Source: an uncultured archaeon
GTDB taxonomy: Archaea; Iainarchaeota; Iainarchaeia; Iainarchaeales; 0-14-0-20-30-16
Length of the DNA stretch: 64,000 nt
Assembly: GCA_964595665.1 (NCBI GenBank)
Contig: CAZQQS010000001.1
Span: 138 to 64,137 of the forward strand
Direction: 5' to 3'
Below, in pieces: positions 18,335-27,984 of the stretch (its first letter is position 1; each line of letters opens with the position of its first letter). The notes under the pieces are model-generated. The model ran no database searches. It was not told where the DNA came from and was given only the letters and a program-made list of their open reading frames with translations. The translations under genes and the position numbers were made by a program.

Positions 18335-19330
18335 ATGATTGAGAAATTTTTCGTGAAACAAAGATTTAAGAAATTAGATTTAGAAAAATTCTTTGCAAAA
18401 AGATTTTCAAAAGCTGGATTTAATAGTTTAGAAATTGTTAAAACTCCATTATCTACAAGATTAGTAGTTTCTGTTGCAAAACCAGGAATAGCTATTGGAT
18501 ATAGTGGAAAATCAATAAAAACTATTGGAAGTATTTTAGAAGATAAATTTGGAATAAAAAATCCACATATAGAAGTTAAAAGTGTTGAAGATCCAGATTA
18601 TAATGTAAAATATATTGTTCAAAATATAGTTAGAGATTTAGAAAAAGGAATTAATTGGAAACAAGTTGCTTTTAGAGTAGTTAGAAGTTTATCTGATTTG
18701 CCAATTATGGGTTTTGAATTAATCTTTAAAGGAAAAATGATGTCTAAAGGTGGAAGAAAACAAAAATATAGATTTATTTCTGGATATTTAAAAACTATTG
18801 GAGATCAAACAAAATTAGTTAAATTTGCAATGGCTTCTGCATCAACAAAATCAGGAAGTATTGGAGTAAGATTAAAATTAGTTCCTCCTAATGTAATGTT
18901 CCCAGATAAAGTTGGAGAAAAAGAAATTAAAGAAGCTTTAGAAAGAATGAAAACAAAAGTTGTTATAGAAAAAATAGAAGATGGTAAAATAATAAAAGTT
19001 GAAGAAAAAGATATTAAAGAAATTAAAGCTGAAGTTAAAGTAGAAAAAAAAGCTGTTGAAGTTAAAGCAGTTAAAGAAGTAAAAGAAAAAAAGGTTACTG
19101 AAAAGAAAGCCAGTTCAACTTTAGAATCTAAAGATTCAAAAGCTAAACAGGTTGTTGAAAGCTCATCTAAAGATGCCGTTTCAACACAAGAAAAAGAAGT
19201 AAAAGAAAAAAAACCAAAAGTAAAAAAAGTAACTGAAAAAAAAGCCAATTTAGATTCAAAATCTAAACAGGTTGTTGAAAGCTCATCTAAAGATGCCGTT
19301 TCAACACAAGAAAAAGAGAGTGATAATTAA
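18335..19330 (+). CDS. rps3: ribosomal protein uS3 (KH domain) with ~130-aa Lys/Glu-rich C-terminal extension carrying two copies of the same module
   Basis: uS3 core; tail ASSTLESKDSKAKQVVESSSKDAVSTQEK repeated twice; ATG 18335 preferred over GTG 18326. Confidence 0.85.
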   Translation: MIEKFFVKQRFKKLDLEKFFAKRFSKAGFNSLEIVKTPLSTRLVVSVAKPGIAIGYSGKSIKTIGSILEDKFGIKNPHIEVKSVEDPDYNVKYIVQNIVRDLEKGINWKQVAFRVVRSLSDLPIMGFELIFKGKMMSKGGRKQKYRFISGYLKTIGDQTKLVKFAMASASTKSGSIGVRLKLVPPNVMFPDKVGEKEIKEALERMKTKVVIEKIEDGKIIKVEEKDIKEIKAEVKVEKKAVEVKAVKEVKEKKVTEKKASSTLESKDSKAKQVVESSSKDAVSTQEKEVKEKKPKVKKVTEKKANLDSKSKQVVESSSKDAVSTQEKESDN

Positions 19331-19602
19331 TGACTAAAACAGCAAAAAAATATAGAGAATTAAGTATTACTGAATTAAAAGATAAAGTTAAAGAATTAAA
19401 AGAAAATTATTCTAAAGAAATTGTTAAAACAAAAACTGGTGCAAATAAAGAAAAAGCTTTTAATTTAAGAAAAGCAAAAAAAGAAATTGCTACAGTATTA
19501 ACAATTGCAAGAGAAAAAGAAATTAAACATGAAGAAGATAAATTAAAACCAAAAGTTAAGGTTGTAAAAGAAGTAAAAGAAAAGAAAGTTAAAAAAAAAT
19601 AA
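19330..19602 (+). CDS. rpl29: ribosomal protein uL29 with Lys-rich C-terminal extension
   Basis: similarity, synteny. Confidence 0.85.
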   Translation: MTKTAKKYRELSITELKDKVKELKENYSKEIVKTKTGANKEKAFNLRKAKKEIATVLTIAREKEIKHEEDKLKPKVKVVKEVKEKKVKKK

Positions 19603-19614
19603 GGGGTTTATGAA

Positions 19615-19911
19615 ATGGTAGATATTTGTAATATCTGTGGTTTGCCGAAAGACATCTGCGTATGTCAGAAAATGAATACAGAGCAAATTAAAATTTATGT
19701 TGTGGAAAAACACGTCAAAGGACCAATGTTTGTAACAATTGTAAATGGTTTAGATGATCTAAACGAAATAGAGAACATGAATAAAGAGTTAAAGAAAAAG
19801 TTAGCTTGTGGTGGAACTTTAAAAAACAAAGATATTGTTTTGCAAGGAAAACATAAGAAAAAAGTAATTCTTTATTTAAAGGGGAAAGGATATGATACAT
19901 TTCATCTCTAA
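19615..19911 (+). CDS. translation initiation factor SUI1 (aIF1)
   Basis: VTIVNGLDD...KKLACGGTLKN SUI1 core; conserved position. Confidence 0.8.
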   Translation: MVDICNICGLPKDICVCQKMNTEQIKIYVVEKHVKGPMFVTIVNGLDDLNEIENMNKELKKKLACGGTLKNKDIVLQGKHKKKVILYLKGKGYDTFHL

Positions 19912-20149
19912 AGATGTTTTAACTAAAGTTTTTTTAGGAAAAAAAATAAATGTTTTTTTTGCTAGCGATAAAACAAAACAAGTTAAAGGCATTGTACAAA
20001 AAGAGACAAAAAATATGTTTTATATTAAAACAGATAAAGGATTAAAAAAAATTCCTAAAAAGGAAATTTTCTTTTATTTGGATGATGAAAAAGTTGATGG
20101 AAAAACAATATGTTATAGATTAGCAGATAGAATAAAAAAATATGCTTAG
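19892..20149 (+). CDS. RNase P protein component Rpp29 (Pop4)
   Basis: conserved position between SUI1 and uS17; Rpp29-like fold signature. Confidence 0.65.
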   Translation: MIHFISKDVLTKVFLGKKINVFFASDKTKQVKGIVQKETKNMFYIKTDKGLKKIPKKEIFFYLDDEKVDGKTICYRLADRIKKYA

Positions 20150-20159
20150 GTGATTAAAT

Positions 20160-20417
20160 ATGGTTGAATACCCAATAAGAGGAATTGTATTTGAAGGTGA
20201 AGTTGTAAGACAAAAAACTCCAAAAACAATTGTTGTAAAAAGAAATATTGTTACATATATTAAAAAGTATGAAAGAAATTTATTAAAAACTAAAAAGTAT
20301 GCTGTGCATTTGCCAGAAAACATGACTGTAAAAGTTGGAGATAAAGTTTTAGTTGGAGAAACTAGAAAAATAAGTAAGACTAAGAATTTAGTTGTTATTG
20401 ATGCTAATAAAAGGTGA
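20160..20417 (+). CDS. rps17: ribosomal protein uS17
   Basis: similarity, synteny. Confidence 0.9.
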   Translation: MVEYPIRGIVFEGEVVRQKTPKTIVVKRNIVTYIKKYERNLLKTKKYAVHLPENMTVKVGDKVLVGETRKISKTKNLVVIDANKR

Positions 20418-20422
20418 ATAAA

Positions 20423-20821
20423 ATGAGAGCGATGAGTTCAAAATCTATTAAAGGATTAATATTAAATTCCACTATGGAATGTACTGACAATACTGGTGCA
20501 AAAGAAGTATATATTATTAGTGTATTTGGACATAAAACAAGAAAAAAGCAAAATCCAAGTTCTGGTATAGGTGATTTAGTAAATATAGTTGTATCAAAAG
20601 GTAAACCAGAAATGAAAAAGAAATTATTTAGAGCAGTTATTGTAAGAAGTAAAAGTGGATTAAAAAGAGCTAACGGTGTTAAATTAAAATTTGATACTAA
20701 TGCTTGTGTTTTAGTAGATAATGAAGGCGTTCCAAAATCAACTGAAGTAAAAGGTGCAGTTCCAAGAGAAGTTGGTGAAAGATTTCCAAAAATAGTTGGT
20801 AGAGCTGCATACGTAGTATAG
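20423..20821 (+). CDS. rpl14: ribosomal protein uL14
   Basis: similarity; ORF-track start 20414 is GTG in the SD; ATG 20423 is likely. Confidence 0.9.
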   Translation: MRAMSSKSIKGLILNSTMECTDNTGAKEVYIISVFGHKTRKKQNPSSGIGDLVNIVVSKGKPEMKKKLFRAVIVRSKSGLKRANGVKLKFDTNACVLVDNEGVPKSTEVKGAVPREVGERFPKIVGRAAYVV

Positions 20822-20831
20822 AGGGATATTT

Positions 20832-20904
20832 ATGGTTCAGTTAAAAGTTTTTAAAAACAGTAAAACTTATAACAGTCCCACAAACATATAAAAGGTGAAT
20901 ATTT
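20832..20904 (+). promoter_or_regulatory. copy B of the ~75-bp intergenic element upstream of rpl24
   Basis: atggttcagttaaaagtttttaaaaacagtaaaacttataacagtcccacaaacatataaaaggtgaatattt; near-identical to copies C and D. Confidence 0.5.
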
Positions 20905-21255
20905 ATGGTTACAAAAAACGCATCTAAAAATAGAGTTAGACAATTGAATGCACCAAAACATACTTTAAGAAAAAGTATTGCATCACATGTATCTAAAGAA
21001 TTAAGAGCAAAATATAATATAAGAGCAATATCTATTAGAAAAGGGGATGTTGTTACAATTATGACTGGTAAATTTGCAAAAAAATCTGGAAAAGTTACTA
21101 CTGTAGATTCTACAGGATTTATATTTATAGAAAATATTCAATTGAATAAAAAAGATGGAAAAGTTGTTCCAATAAAAATAAATCCATCAAATGTAATTAT
21201 TACTGAATTATATAAAGATGATGAAAAAAGATTTAAACATATTAAAGGTGAATAA
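20905..21255 (+). CDS. rpl24: ribosomal protein uL24 (KOW)
   Basis: KOW motif GDVVTIMTGKFAKKSGKV. Confidence 0.9.
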   Translation: MVTKNASKNRVRQLNAPKHTLRKSIASHVSKELRAKYNIRAISIRKGDVVTIMTGKFAKKSGKVTTVDSTGFIFIENIQLNKKDGKVVPIKINPSNVIITELYKDDEKRFKHIKGE

Positions 21256-21257
21256 AT

Positions 21258-21959
21258 ATGGCAAATAAAGGTAATAGTAATCGCCAAAAAAGAGTGAGTT
21301 ACGCTGGTAAAGCAAGAATAAGTAGAAAAGAACATCATTGGACATTTAATGCAAAACCTGGAGCACACCCAAAAAATGAGAGTGCTTGTTTTGGTTTGAT
21401 AATTAGAGATGTATTAAATTTAGCTAATAATACTAAAGAAGTAAAATATATTTTAAATAACAAAAATTGTTTTGTTAATGGTGTTAGAGTAAAAGAACAT
21501 AGATTGCCTGTAGGTTTATTTGATATTTTATCATTTAAAGATATTAAAAAATATAGAGTATTATTAACACATAAAGATAAAATTATTTTAAAAGAAGTTA
21601 ATGAAAAGGAAAATTTAATTCCTTGTAGTGTAAAAACTAAAAAACCACATGCAAAAGACAAATTTGTTTTGGGTTTTTCAAATGGATTTACATCTATTGT
21701 AAAAGATACTAAAATTAATGTTGGAGATTCTGTATTGTATAATATAGATAAAAAAACATTTGAAGATGTAGTTGTTAAACAACCAGGTGCAAGAGTATAT
21801 ATTATTGGTGGACCGCACGTAAGTTCTTTTGGTATATTGAAAAATATTATTAAAGGAGATTTAAAAAAATCAAGTGAAGTTACAGTTGATTGTAGTGGTA
21901 AAGAATTGAAAACAATGGAAAAATATATTTTTGTAATTCCTGAAAAATTGAATTTATAA
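21258..21959 (+). CDS. rps4e: ribosomal protein eS4
   Basis: similarity, synteny. Confidence 0.9.
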   Translation: MANKGNSNRQKRVSYAGKARISRKEHHWTFNAKPGAHPKNESACFGLIIRDVLNLANNTKEVKYILNNKNCFVNGVRVKEHRLPVGLFDILSFKDIKKYRVLLTHKDKIILKEVNEKENLIPCSVKTKKPHAKDKFVLGFSNGFTSIVKDTKINVGDSVLYNIDKKTFEDVVVKQPGARVYIIGGPHVSSFGILKNIIKGDLKKSSEVTVDCSGKELKTMEKYIFVIPEKLNL

Positions 21960-21960
21960 A

Positions 21961-22488
21961 GTGATACTTATGGCTGAAAAACAAAATCCAATGAAAGAAA
22001 TTTCTTTAGAAAAAGTTGTGTTGCATATTTGTACTGGAGAAACTGGTGTAAAATTAGATAACGCTAAAAAAATATTAAATTTGTTAACTAATAAAAAACC
22101 TGTTGAAACAAAATCAAAAACTAAATTGCCAAAATGGGGTTTACGTCCTGGATTAGCAATTGGTGCAAAAGTAACTTTAAGAAATAAACAAGCTTATGAA
22201 TTTTTAAAAAGAGCTTTGGAAGCAAAATCATTTACATTAAATAAAAGATGTATTGATAAAACAGGAAATTTTGCATTTGGTATTCCAGAATATATTGATA
22301 TTAAAGGAATGAAATATGATCCTAAAATGGGAGTTTTTGGATTTGATGTTATTTCATCTTTAAAGAGAAATGGTTTTAGAATTAAATATAGAGCTGAAAA
22401 AAGAATGAAATTAACACCTGCTTTAAAAATTAATAAAGAAGAAGCAGAAGAATTCTTGAAGAAAGAATTTAATATAAAATTTAATTGA
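21961..22488 (+). CDS. rpl5: ribosomal protein uL5
   Basis: similarity, synteny. Confidence 0.9.
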   Translation: MILMAEKQNPMKEISLEKVVLHICTGETGVKLDNAKKILNLLTNKKPVETKSKTKLPKWGLRPGLAIGAKVTLRNKQAYEFLKRALEAKSFTLNKRCIDKTGNFAFGIPEYIDIKGMKYDPKMGVFGFDVISSLKRNGFRIKYRAEKRMKLTPALKINKEEAEEFLKKEFNIKFN

Positions 22489-22505
22489 TGGTGATATGCT
22501 TGAAA

Positions 22506-22637
22506 ATGAAAGATGATAAGAAGCTAACTTGTAAGATTTGCGGATGTGGAAAGGCAATCGTTAGAAAATATGACTTAAATGTTTGTCGTAGATGCTTTAA
22601 AGACCATGCCGAAGAGTTAGGCTTTCATAAATATTAG
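22506..22637 (+). CDS. rps14: ribosomal protein uS14 (zinc-binding type Z), 43 aa, absent from ORF track
   Basis: hand translation MKDDKKLTCKICGCGKAIVRKYDLNVCRRCFKDHAEELGFHKY; CxxC...CxxC; canonical position between uL5 and uS8. Confidence 0.85.
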   Translation: MKDDKKLTCKICGCGKAIVRKYDLNVCRRCFKDHAEELGFHKY

Positions 22638-22645
22638 GTGATTAT

Positions 22646-23035
22646 ATGAGTAGAGATCCTTATACTGATGCATTAACTCACATAAAAAATAGTGATTTTG
22701 TTGCAAAACAAAGTTGTTCTATTAATATATCGAGTACTTTGCTTTTGAAAACTTTAGAGATATTAAAAGCTGAAAAATATATTGATAATTTTGAGTTAAA
22801 AACAAAAAGTAATAAACAAGAATTGACTGTAAAGTTAAATGGTTCATTAACAAATTTAAAATCTGTTAAACCAAGATATCCAATCGGTTATAACGATATG
22901 GAAAAATATGAAAAAAGATATTTACCATCAAGAAATGTTGGACTATTAATTTTATCTACACCACAAGGTTTGCGAACACATGTTGAAGCAAAAAAAGAAA
23001 AGATTGGTGGAAGATTAATAGCATTTGTATATTAG
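22646..23035 (+). CDS. rps8: ribosomal protein uS8
   Basis: similarity, synteny. Confidence 0.9.
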   Translation: MSRDPYTDALTHIKNSDFVAKQSCSINISSTLLLKTLEILKAEKYIDNFELKTKSNKQELTVKLNGSLTNLKSVKPRYPIGYNDMEKYEKRYLPSRNVGLLILSTPQGLRTHVEAKKEKIGGRLIAFVY

Positions 23036-23044
23036 GTGACATTT

Positions 23045-23575
23045 ATGAAATTAGAAATCAATATACCAAAAGGAACTAATGTTACAAAAGATAATAATTA
23101 TATTGTTGTTAAAGGTAAATTAGGAGAATTAAGAAAAGAGTTCAAAACTAAATTAATTAATATTAATATAGATTCTGATAAATTGGTTTTGGAAAGTGTT
23201 AATGATAGAACAAAAACAGTTGCAATTTTGAATACTGTAAATTCTATAATAAGTAACATGATTTCTGGAACTGAGAAAAAATATGTTTATACTTTAAGAG
23301 GAGTATATTCACACTTCCCATTAACATTAGCTGTTAAAGGAAAAACATTTGTAATAAATAATTATTTGGGTGAAAAAAAATCAAGAGTTATTGATATTCC
23401 AGATAATGTTGAGATAACTGTTAAAGGAAAAGATGTTATTGTAAAATCAATTGATAAAAATTTAGCAGGAACTGTTGCTGGATTAATTGAAAATAGTGTA
23501 AAGCCAAAAAATAGAGATAGAAGAATATTTCAAGATGGCGTATATATAATTACAAAAGGTGTGCAAGATGAGTAA
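23045..23575 (+). CDS. rpl6: ribosomal protein uL6
   Basis: similarity; ATG 23045 preferred to GTG 23036. Confidence 0.9.
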   Translation: MKLEINIPKGTNVTKDNNYIVVKGKLGELRKEFKTKLININIDSDKLVLESVNDRTKTVAILNTVNSIISNMISGTEKKYVYTLRGVYSHFPLTLAVKGKTFVINNYLGEKKSRVIDIPDNVEITVKGKDVIVKSIDKNLAGTVAGLIENSVKPKNRDRRIFQDGVYIITKGVQDE

Positions 23576-23927
23576 TGAAAAAAAAGTACCTACATTTAGA
23601 GGAAGATTTGGAACACGAAGTAAAAGAAAGAAATCTATTGCTAAATGGGATAAATGGAGATTTCCTAGAGGAATTGATATTACTTTCAAGAAAGGAGATA
23701 ATGAAAATCCAAAAATTGGTTATGGTACTAAGAAAGAAGATAGAGATTTACATCCTTCTGGAAGAACTGAAGTATATATTAGAAATTTAGATATTTTAAA
23801 AAATCACGTTAAAGAAAATAAAGATGCAAATAAATATATTTATAGATTAGCAGGAAATTTAGGTGCTAAAAAAAGATTAGATATAAAAGAATTTGCAAAA
23901 ACTGTAAAAATAAGAATAATAAATTAA
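23559..23927 (+). CDS. rpl32e: ribosomal protein eL32
   Basis: similarity, synteny. Confidence 0.85.
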   Translation: MCKMSNEKKVPTFRGRFGTRSKRKKSIAKWDKWRFPRGIDITFKKGDNENPKIGYGTKKEDRDLHPSGRTEVYIRNLDILKNHVKENKDANKYIYRLAGNLGAKKRLDIKEFAKTVKIRIIN

Positions 23928-23937
23928 AGGTGTTGGT

Positions 23938-24369
23938 ATGAACATTAAATCTGCAAAGAGAATAGTTGCGAAAAAATTAAATGTTGGAAAATCTAAAATT
24001 AAAATAAATAATGATTCGCAAAAGAAAATTAAAGAAGCAATTACAAGTGCTGATTTAGAAACTTTGGTACAAGATGGATCTTTTAAAAAGAAAGGTCAAA
24101 GTCAAAGTAGAGGTAGAGCTCGAGTATTATTGGAAAAGAAAAAGAAAGGTAGAAGAACTGGCCAAGGTACAAGAAGAGGAAAAGCAAATGCAAGAGCAAG
24201 TACTCATGATGCTTGGATAAAAAAAGTAAGAGCTCAAAGAAAATATATTTTAGAATTATTAACTAATACAAAAGTTGATAAAAAACAATATAGAGATTTG
24301 TACAACAAAGTTAAAGGTGGATTCTTTAGAAGTAAAAGCCACATAGATTCATATCTGAGTAAAAAATAG
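23938..24369 (+). CDS. rpl19e: ribosomal protein eL19
   Basis: similarity, synteny. Confidence 0.85.
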   Translation: MNIKSAKRIVAKKLNVGKSKIKINNDSQKKIKEAITSADLETLVQDGSFKKKGQSQSRGRARVLLEKKKKGRRTGQGTRRGKANARASTHDAWIKKVRAQRKYILELLTNTKVDKKQYRDLYNKVKGGFFRSKSHIDSYLSKK

Positions 24370-24378
24370 GGGATTTTT

Positions 24379-24858
24379 ATGGCAATATTTAGAAGACGAA
24401 AAGAACTAAAAACAAACTATGATAAAAGATTTTCATTGTTAAAATCTAGGACTAACAGATTGGTTTTGAGAATAACAAATCAATATGTTTGGGCACAATA
24501 TGTTGTACACGATACAAAAGGGGATATAAACAAATTAAGTTTAGTTTCAAAATCTTTGAAAGATTTTGGTTGGACTTTAGGATTTAAATCTTTGCCAGCA
24601 AGTTATCTTTCAGGATATTTGTTTGGTAAAAAAGCTTTAGAAGCAAAATTATCTAAAGATATGATTTTAGATTTAGGTTTACAAAAATCTTTTAAACAAG
24701 GTAGGATTTATTCATTTGTAAAAGGTGCAATAGATTCTGGATTAAATATCCCTGTTGAAAAAGAAGTTTTGCCAACTCAAGAAAGACTTGAAGGAAAACA
24801 TATTAAATCTGAAGCTTTGTTTAAGAAAGTAAAAGATGCAATTGATGCTAAAAAGTGA
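24379..24858 (+). CDS. rpl18: ribosomal protein uL18
   Basis: similarity, synteny. Confidence 0.85.
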   Translation: MAIFRRRKELKTNYDKRFSLLKSRTNRLVLRITNQYVWAQYVVHDTKGDINKLSLVSKSLKDFGWTLGFKSLPASYLSGYLFGKKALEAKLSKDMILDLGLQKSFKQGRIYSFVKGAIDSGLNIPVEKEVLPTQERLEGKHIKSEALFKKVKDAIDAKK

Positions 24859-24863
24859 TATAT

Positions 24864-25619
24864 ATGGTTGATAAATTTAAATTAGCTAAAAAGAAATCAG
24901 TAAAGAGAGCTGAATATGGTAGAGTATCTGAAGAAAAAACTACTAAAATGGAAACAAAAGAAGCAATTCAAGATGCTGTTCATAAAAAAAGAGCAAAAAG
25001 ATCTTTATTTAATGTTGATATTTCAACATGGGAACCTAAGACTTTATTGGGTAAAAAAGTAAAAGAAGGCGAAATAACTAGCTTGGATGAAATTTTTGAT
25101 AAAAATTTAAAAATTTTAGAACCAGAAATAATAGACTTTTTTATACCTGATATAAGAGAAAAATTAATGGATACTACAAAAACATCATACGTTAGAATGT
25201 CTGGTAGAAAATATAACTACAGATGTGTTGTATTATTAGGTGATGGAGTAAAATTCATTGGTATGGGAATAGGTAAAGATAAAGATAAATGGGTTTCAGC
25301 AACAAAAGCTGCAAGAATAGCTAGATTAAATTTATTAAGAATAAAAAAAGGTTGTGGAAGTTGGGAATGTTTATGTGGTACAGAACACACAGTACCTTTT
25401 GAAGTTCAAGGAAAAACTGGTGCTGCAAGAATTACATTAATTCCAGCTCCTTTAGGAACAGGATTAGTAATAAGTGATTCTTTAAAACCAATATTGGAAT
25501 TTGTAGGAATAAAAGATGTTTGGAGTAGAACTGAAGGTGAAACAGGTACTATGATAAATAGTATACAAGCCACAATAGATGCTTTAAGCGAAACTAATAA
25601 AAAATTAAAAGTTAGGTGA
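24864..25619 (+). CDS. rps5: ribosomal protein uS5
   Basis: similarity; ATG 24864 preferred to GTG 24855. Confidence 0.9.
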   Translation: MVDKFKLAKKKSVKRAEYGRVSEEKTTKMETKEAIQDAVHKKRAKRSLFNVDISTWEPKTLLGKKVKEGEITSLDEIFDKNLKILEPEIIDFFIPDIREKLMDTTKTSYVRMSGRKYNYRCVVLLGDGVKFIGMGIGKDKDKWVSATKAARIARLNLLRIKKGCGSWECLCGTEHTVPFEVQGKTGAARITLIPAPLGTGLVISDSLKPILEFVGIKDVWSRTEGETGTMINSIQATIDALSETNKKLKVR

Positions 25620-25625
25620 TATTAA

Positions 25626-26093
25626 ATGTCTGAATTAATTGCAATCGTAAAAATAAGAGGTAGTGTTGGAATAAAAACTACTTTAAAAGATACTTTATTA
25701 AAGTTAAGATTGAGTGAAAATAATCATTGTACTATTTTTGAGAATTCAAAAGTTTTACAAGGAATGTTATTTAAAGTTAAGGATTATATTTCTTATGGTA
25801 CAATAGATAAAGAAACATTAAAAGCTTTGATTGCAAAAAGAGGAAGATTAGTTGGCGATAAAAGAATTAATGCTGAATTTTTAAAAGAAAAAAATTTAAC
25901 TATGGATAAATTTGTTGAAATGTTTATTGAAGATCCTAAGAAAGCATATACTTTAGGTTTGAAAAGAGTTTTTAGATTAAGTCCGCCATCAAAAGGTTTT
26001 GAAAGAAAAGGAATAAAAACTCCATTTGCACTAGGTGGTGCTTTAGGAGATAGAAAAGAAAAAATAAATGTTCTTTTGAAGAAAATGATGTGA
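25626..26093 (+). CDS. rpl30: ribosomal protein uL30
   Basis: similarity, synteny. Confidence 0.9.
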   Translation: MSELIAIVKIRGSVGIKTTLKDTLLKLRLSENNHCTIFENSKVLQGMLFKVKDYISYGTIDKETLKALIAKRGRLVGDKRINAEFLKEKNLTMDKFVEMFIEDPKKAYTLGLKRVFRLSPPSKGFERKGIKTPFALGGALGDRKEKINVLLKKMM

Positions 26094-26098
26094 TATTT

Positions 26099-26169
26099 AT
26101 GGTTCAGTTAAAAGTTTTTAAAAACAGTAAAACTTATAACAGTCCCATAAAAAATAAATGGTGATATTT
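26099..26169 (+). promoter_or_regulatory. copy C of the ~75-bp intergenic element upstream of rpl15
   Basis: same element; flanked on both sides by GTGATATTTATGG. Confidence 0.5.
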
Positions 26170-26580
26170 ATGGTTGTTAGAAAAGAAAAAAGATGTAAAA
26201 AAAGATTAGGTACTAGAACAAGAGGTGCTGGTAATACTGAAAACAGAAGAGGTGCTGGAAGTAAAGGTGGAAAAGGTAATACTGGAAAATTCGGTCATAA
26301 AAAACATGAATTTTTTGATGTTATAGGTCACAAAGTAAAAAATAAAGCATTTGTTGAAACTGTTGGAATTAATTTCAATCATATTAATAATTATATTGAG
26401 AATTTAATCTTACAAGGTAAAAAAGAACCTTTTGAATTAGATTTCAAACATAAAGATTTGAAAAAATATAATAAAGTTTTATCAAAAGGAAAATTGAAAT
26501 ATAATGTAATATTAAAAAATGTAATATTGACTGAAAGAGCTAAAAAACAAGTTGAATCTAAAGGGGGTTCATTTGAATGA
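26170..26580 (+). CDS. rpl15: ribosomal protein uL15
   Basis: Gly/Arg-rich N-terminus. ATG 26170 with SD GGTGA at 26160 is preferred to ATG 26158, which lies inside the repeat element. Confidence 0.85.
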   Translation: MVVRKEKRCKKRLGTRTRGAGNTENRRGAGSKGGKGNTGKFGHKKHEFFDVIGHKVKNKAFVETVGINFNHINNYIENLILQGKKEPFELDFKHKDLKKYNKVLSKGKLKYNVILKNVILTERAKKQVESKGGSFE

Positions 26581-27980
26581 GTTTTGCAAATATAATTGCA
26601 GGAATATCTCAATTTATTCCAAGTATTCAAGCTCCTAAGGAAAAACCTATTTTGTCTCAAAGATTAAAATACAGTTTTTTAGTATTGTTAATATTCTTTG
26701 TTTTAGGTACAATTCCTTTATTTGGATTGGCTGGAAGTGCTGGTGACAGTTTAGCAATGTATCAATTGTTATTAGCAAGTAATATTGGAACATTATTAAC
26801 TGTTGGAATTGGTCCTATAGTTGTAGCATCAATTATATTACAATTATTAGTTGGTACTGGAATATGGGGTTTAGATTTTGGAAATCCAAATGATAGAGCT
26901 TTATTTTCAAGTACTCAAAAAATATTGGCAATTATATTGTCTTTTTTAGAAGCATTTATTTATGTAAGTGTTGGATTCTTAAAAACAGAAACTGCATTAT
27001 TTACTTTCTTAGTAGTTTTGCAAGTTGCATTAGGTTCAATTACTTTATTATACTTAGATGAAGTTATACAAAAATATGGTATTGGTTCAGGAATAAGTTT
27101 ATTTATTGCTGGAGGAGTAGCTTCTGGAATATTCTGGGTAATATTTAATCCAGTAAGTTCAATACAACAAGGTTTACAAATATTAAGTTCTGGTGCAACA
27201 TTTAGTTTAGCTACTGGTGCTGGTTTATTGTGGACTTTTTTTGCAAATGTAGGTCAAAATTTATATACTGCAGTAGTACAAAATATCTTCCCAATATTGT
27301 TTGCAATAATAGTATTTTTCATAGTAATTTATTTCTCAGGAATACATGTAAATATTCCATTAACTATGGGTAAGAGTTCGCAGTTAGGAAGATATCCTGT
27401 AAAGTTTTTTTATGTTAGTAACTTGCCAGTAATTTTGGCAGCAGCATTATTTGCAAATATAACTTTATTATATCATGTAGTGGAAGCAAAATCAATTCCA
27501 GTATTAACTACAATTTTATTTTATATTAGTAAATATACTACATCTCCAAATAATTTAGTAGAAAATGTTTTTTTACAAGGTTTTTCTGGAATGTGGGGAC
27601 AAATATTACAAGCAATAATTTATTTGATAATATTTGCATTTGTTTGTGTATTCTTTGGAATCATGTGGGTTAAAATGGCTGGACAAGATTCAGAAAGTGT
27701 TGCAAAACAATTACAAAAAAGTGGAATGTTTTTACCAGGATTTAGAAGAGATCCTAGAGTTATAAAAACAGTTTTAGATAGATATATTCCTACTATAACA
27801 ATATTAGGTGCAATATCAGTAGCTCTATTAGCGGGATTAGCAAGTATTACTGGTGCTGTAGGAACAGGAATGGGAATATTGTTAACTGTTGATATTGTAT
27901 ATAGATTATATGAAGAAATTGCTAAAGAACAAGTAAGTACAGATTCATCATTATTGGCAAAATTAGTTGCAAAAAGGTGA
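26577..27980 (+). CDS. secY: preprotein translocase subunit SecY
   Basis: 10-TM SecY architecture, conserved position after uL15. Confidence 0.9.
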   Translation: MSFANIIAGISQFIPSIQAPKEKPILSQRLKYSFLVLLIFFVLGTIPLFGLAGSAGDSLAMYQLLLASNIGTLLTVGIGPIVVASIILQLLVGTGIWGLDFGNPNDRALFSSTQKILAIILSFLEAFIYVSVGFLKTETALFTFLVVLQVALGSITLLYLDEVIQKYGIGSGISLFIAGGVASGIFWVIFNPVSSIQQGLQILSSGATFSLATGAGLLWTFFANVGQNLYTAVVQNIFPILFAIIVFFIVIYFSGIHVNIPLTMGKSSQLGRYPVKFFYVSNLPVILAAALFANITLLYHVVEAKSIPVLTTILFYISKYTTSPNNLVENVFLQGFSGMWGQILQAIIYLIIFAFVCVFFGIMWVKMAGQDSESVAKQLQKSGMFLPGFRRDPRVIKTVLDRYIPTITILGAISVALLAGLASITGAVGTGMGILLTVDIVYRLYEEIAKEQVSTDSSLLAKLVAKR

Positions 27981-27984
27981 ATGT

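Noticed and set aside
23575-23790. 71-aa plus-strand ORF 23575..23790 overlapping eL32 in another frame
   Set aside because: Alternative-frame ORF inside the conserved rpl32e gene; no independent support.
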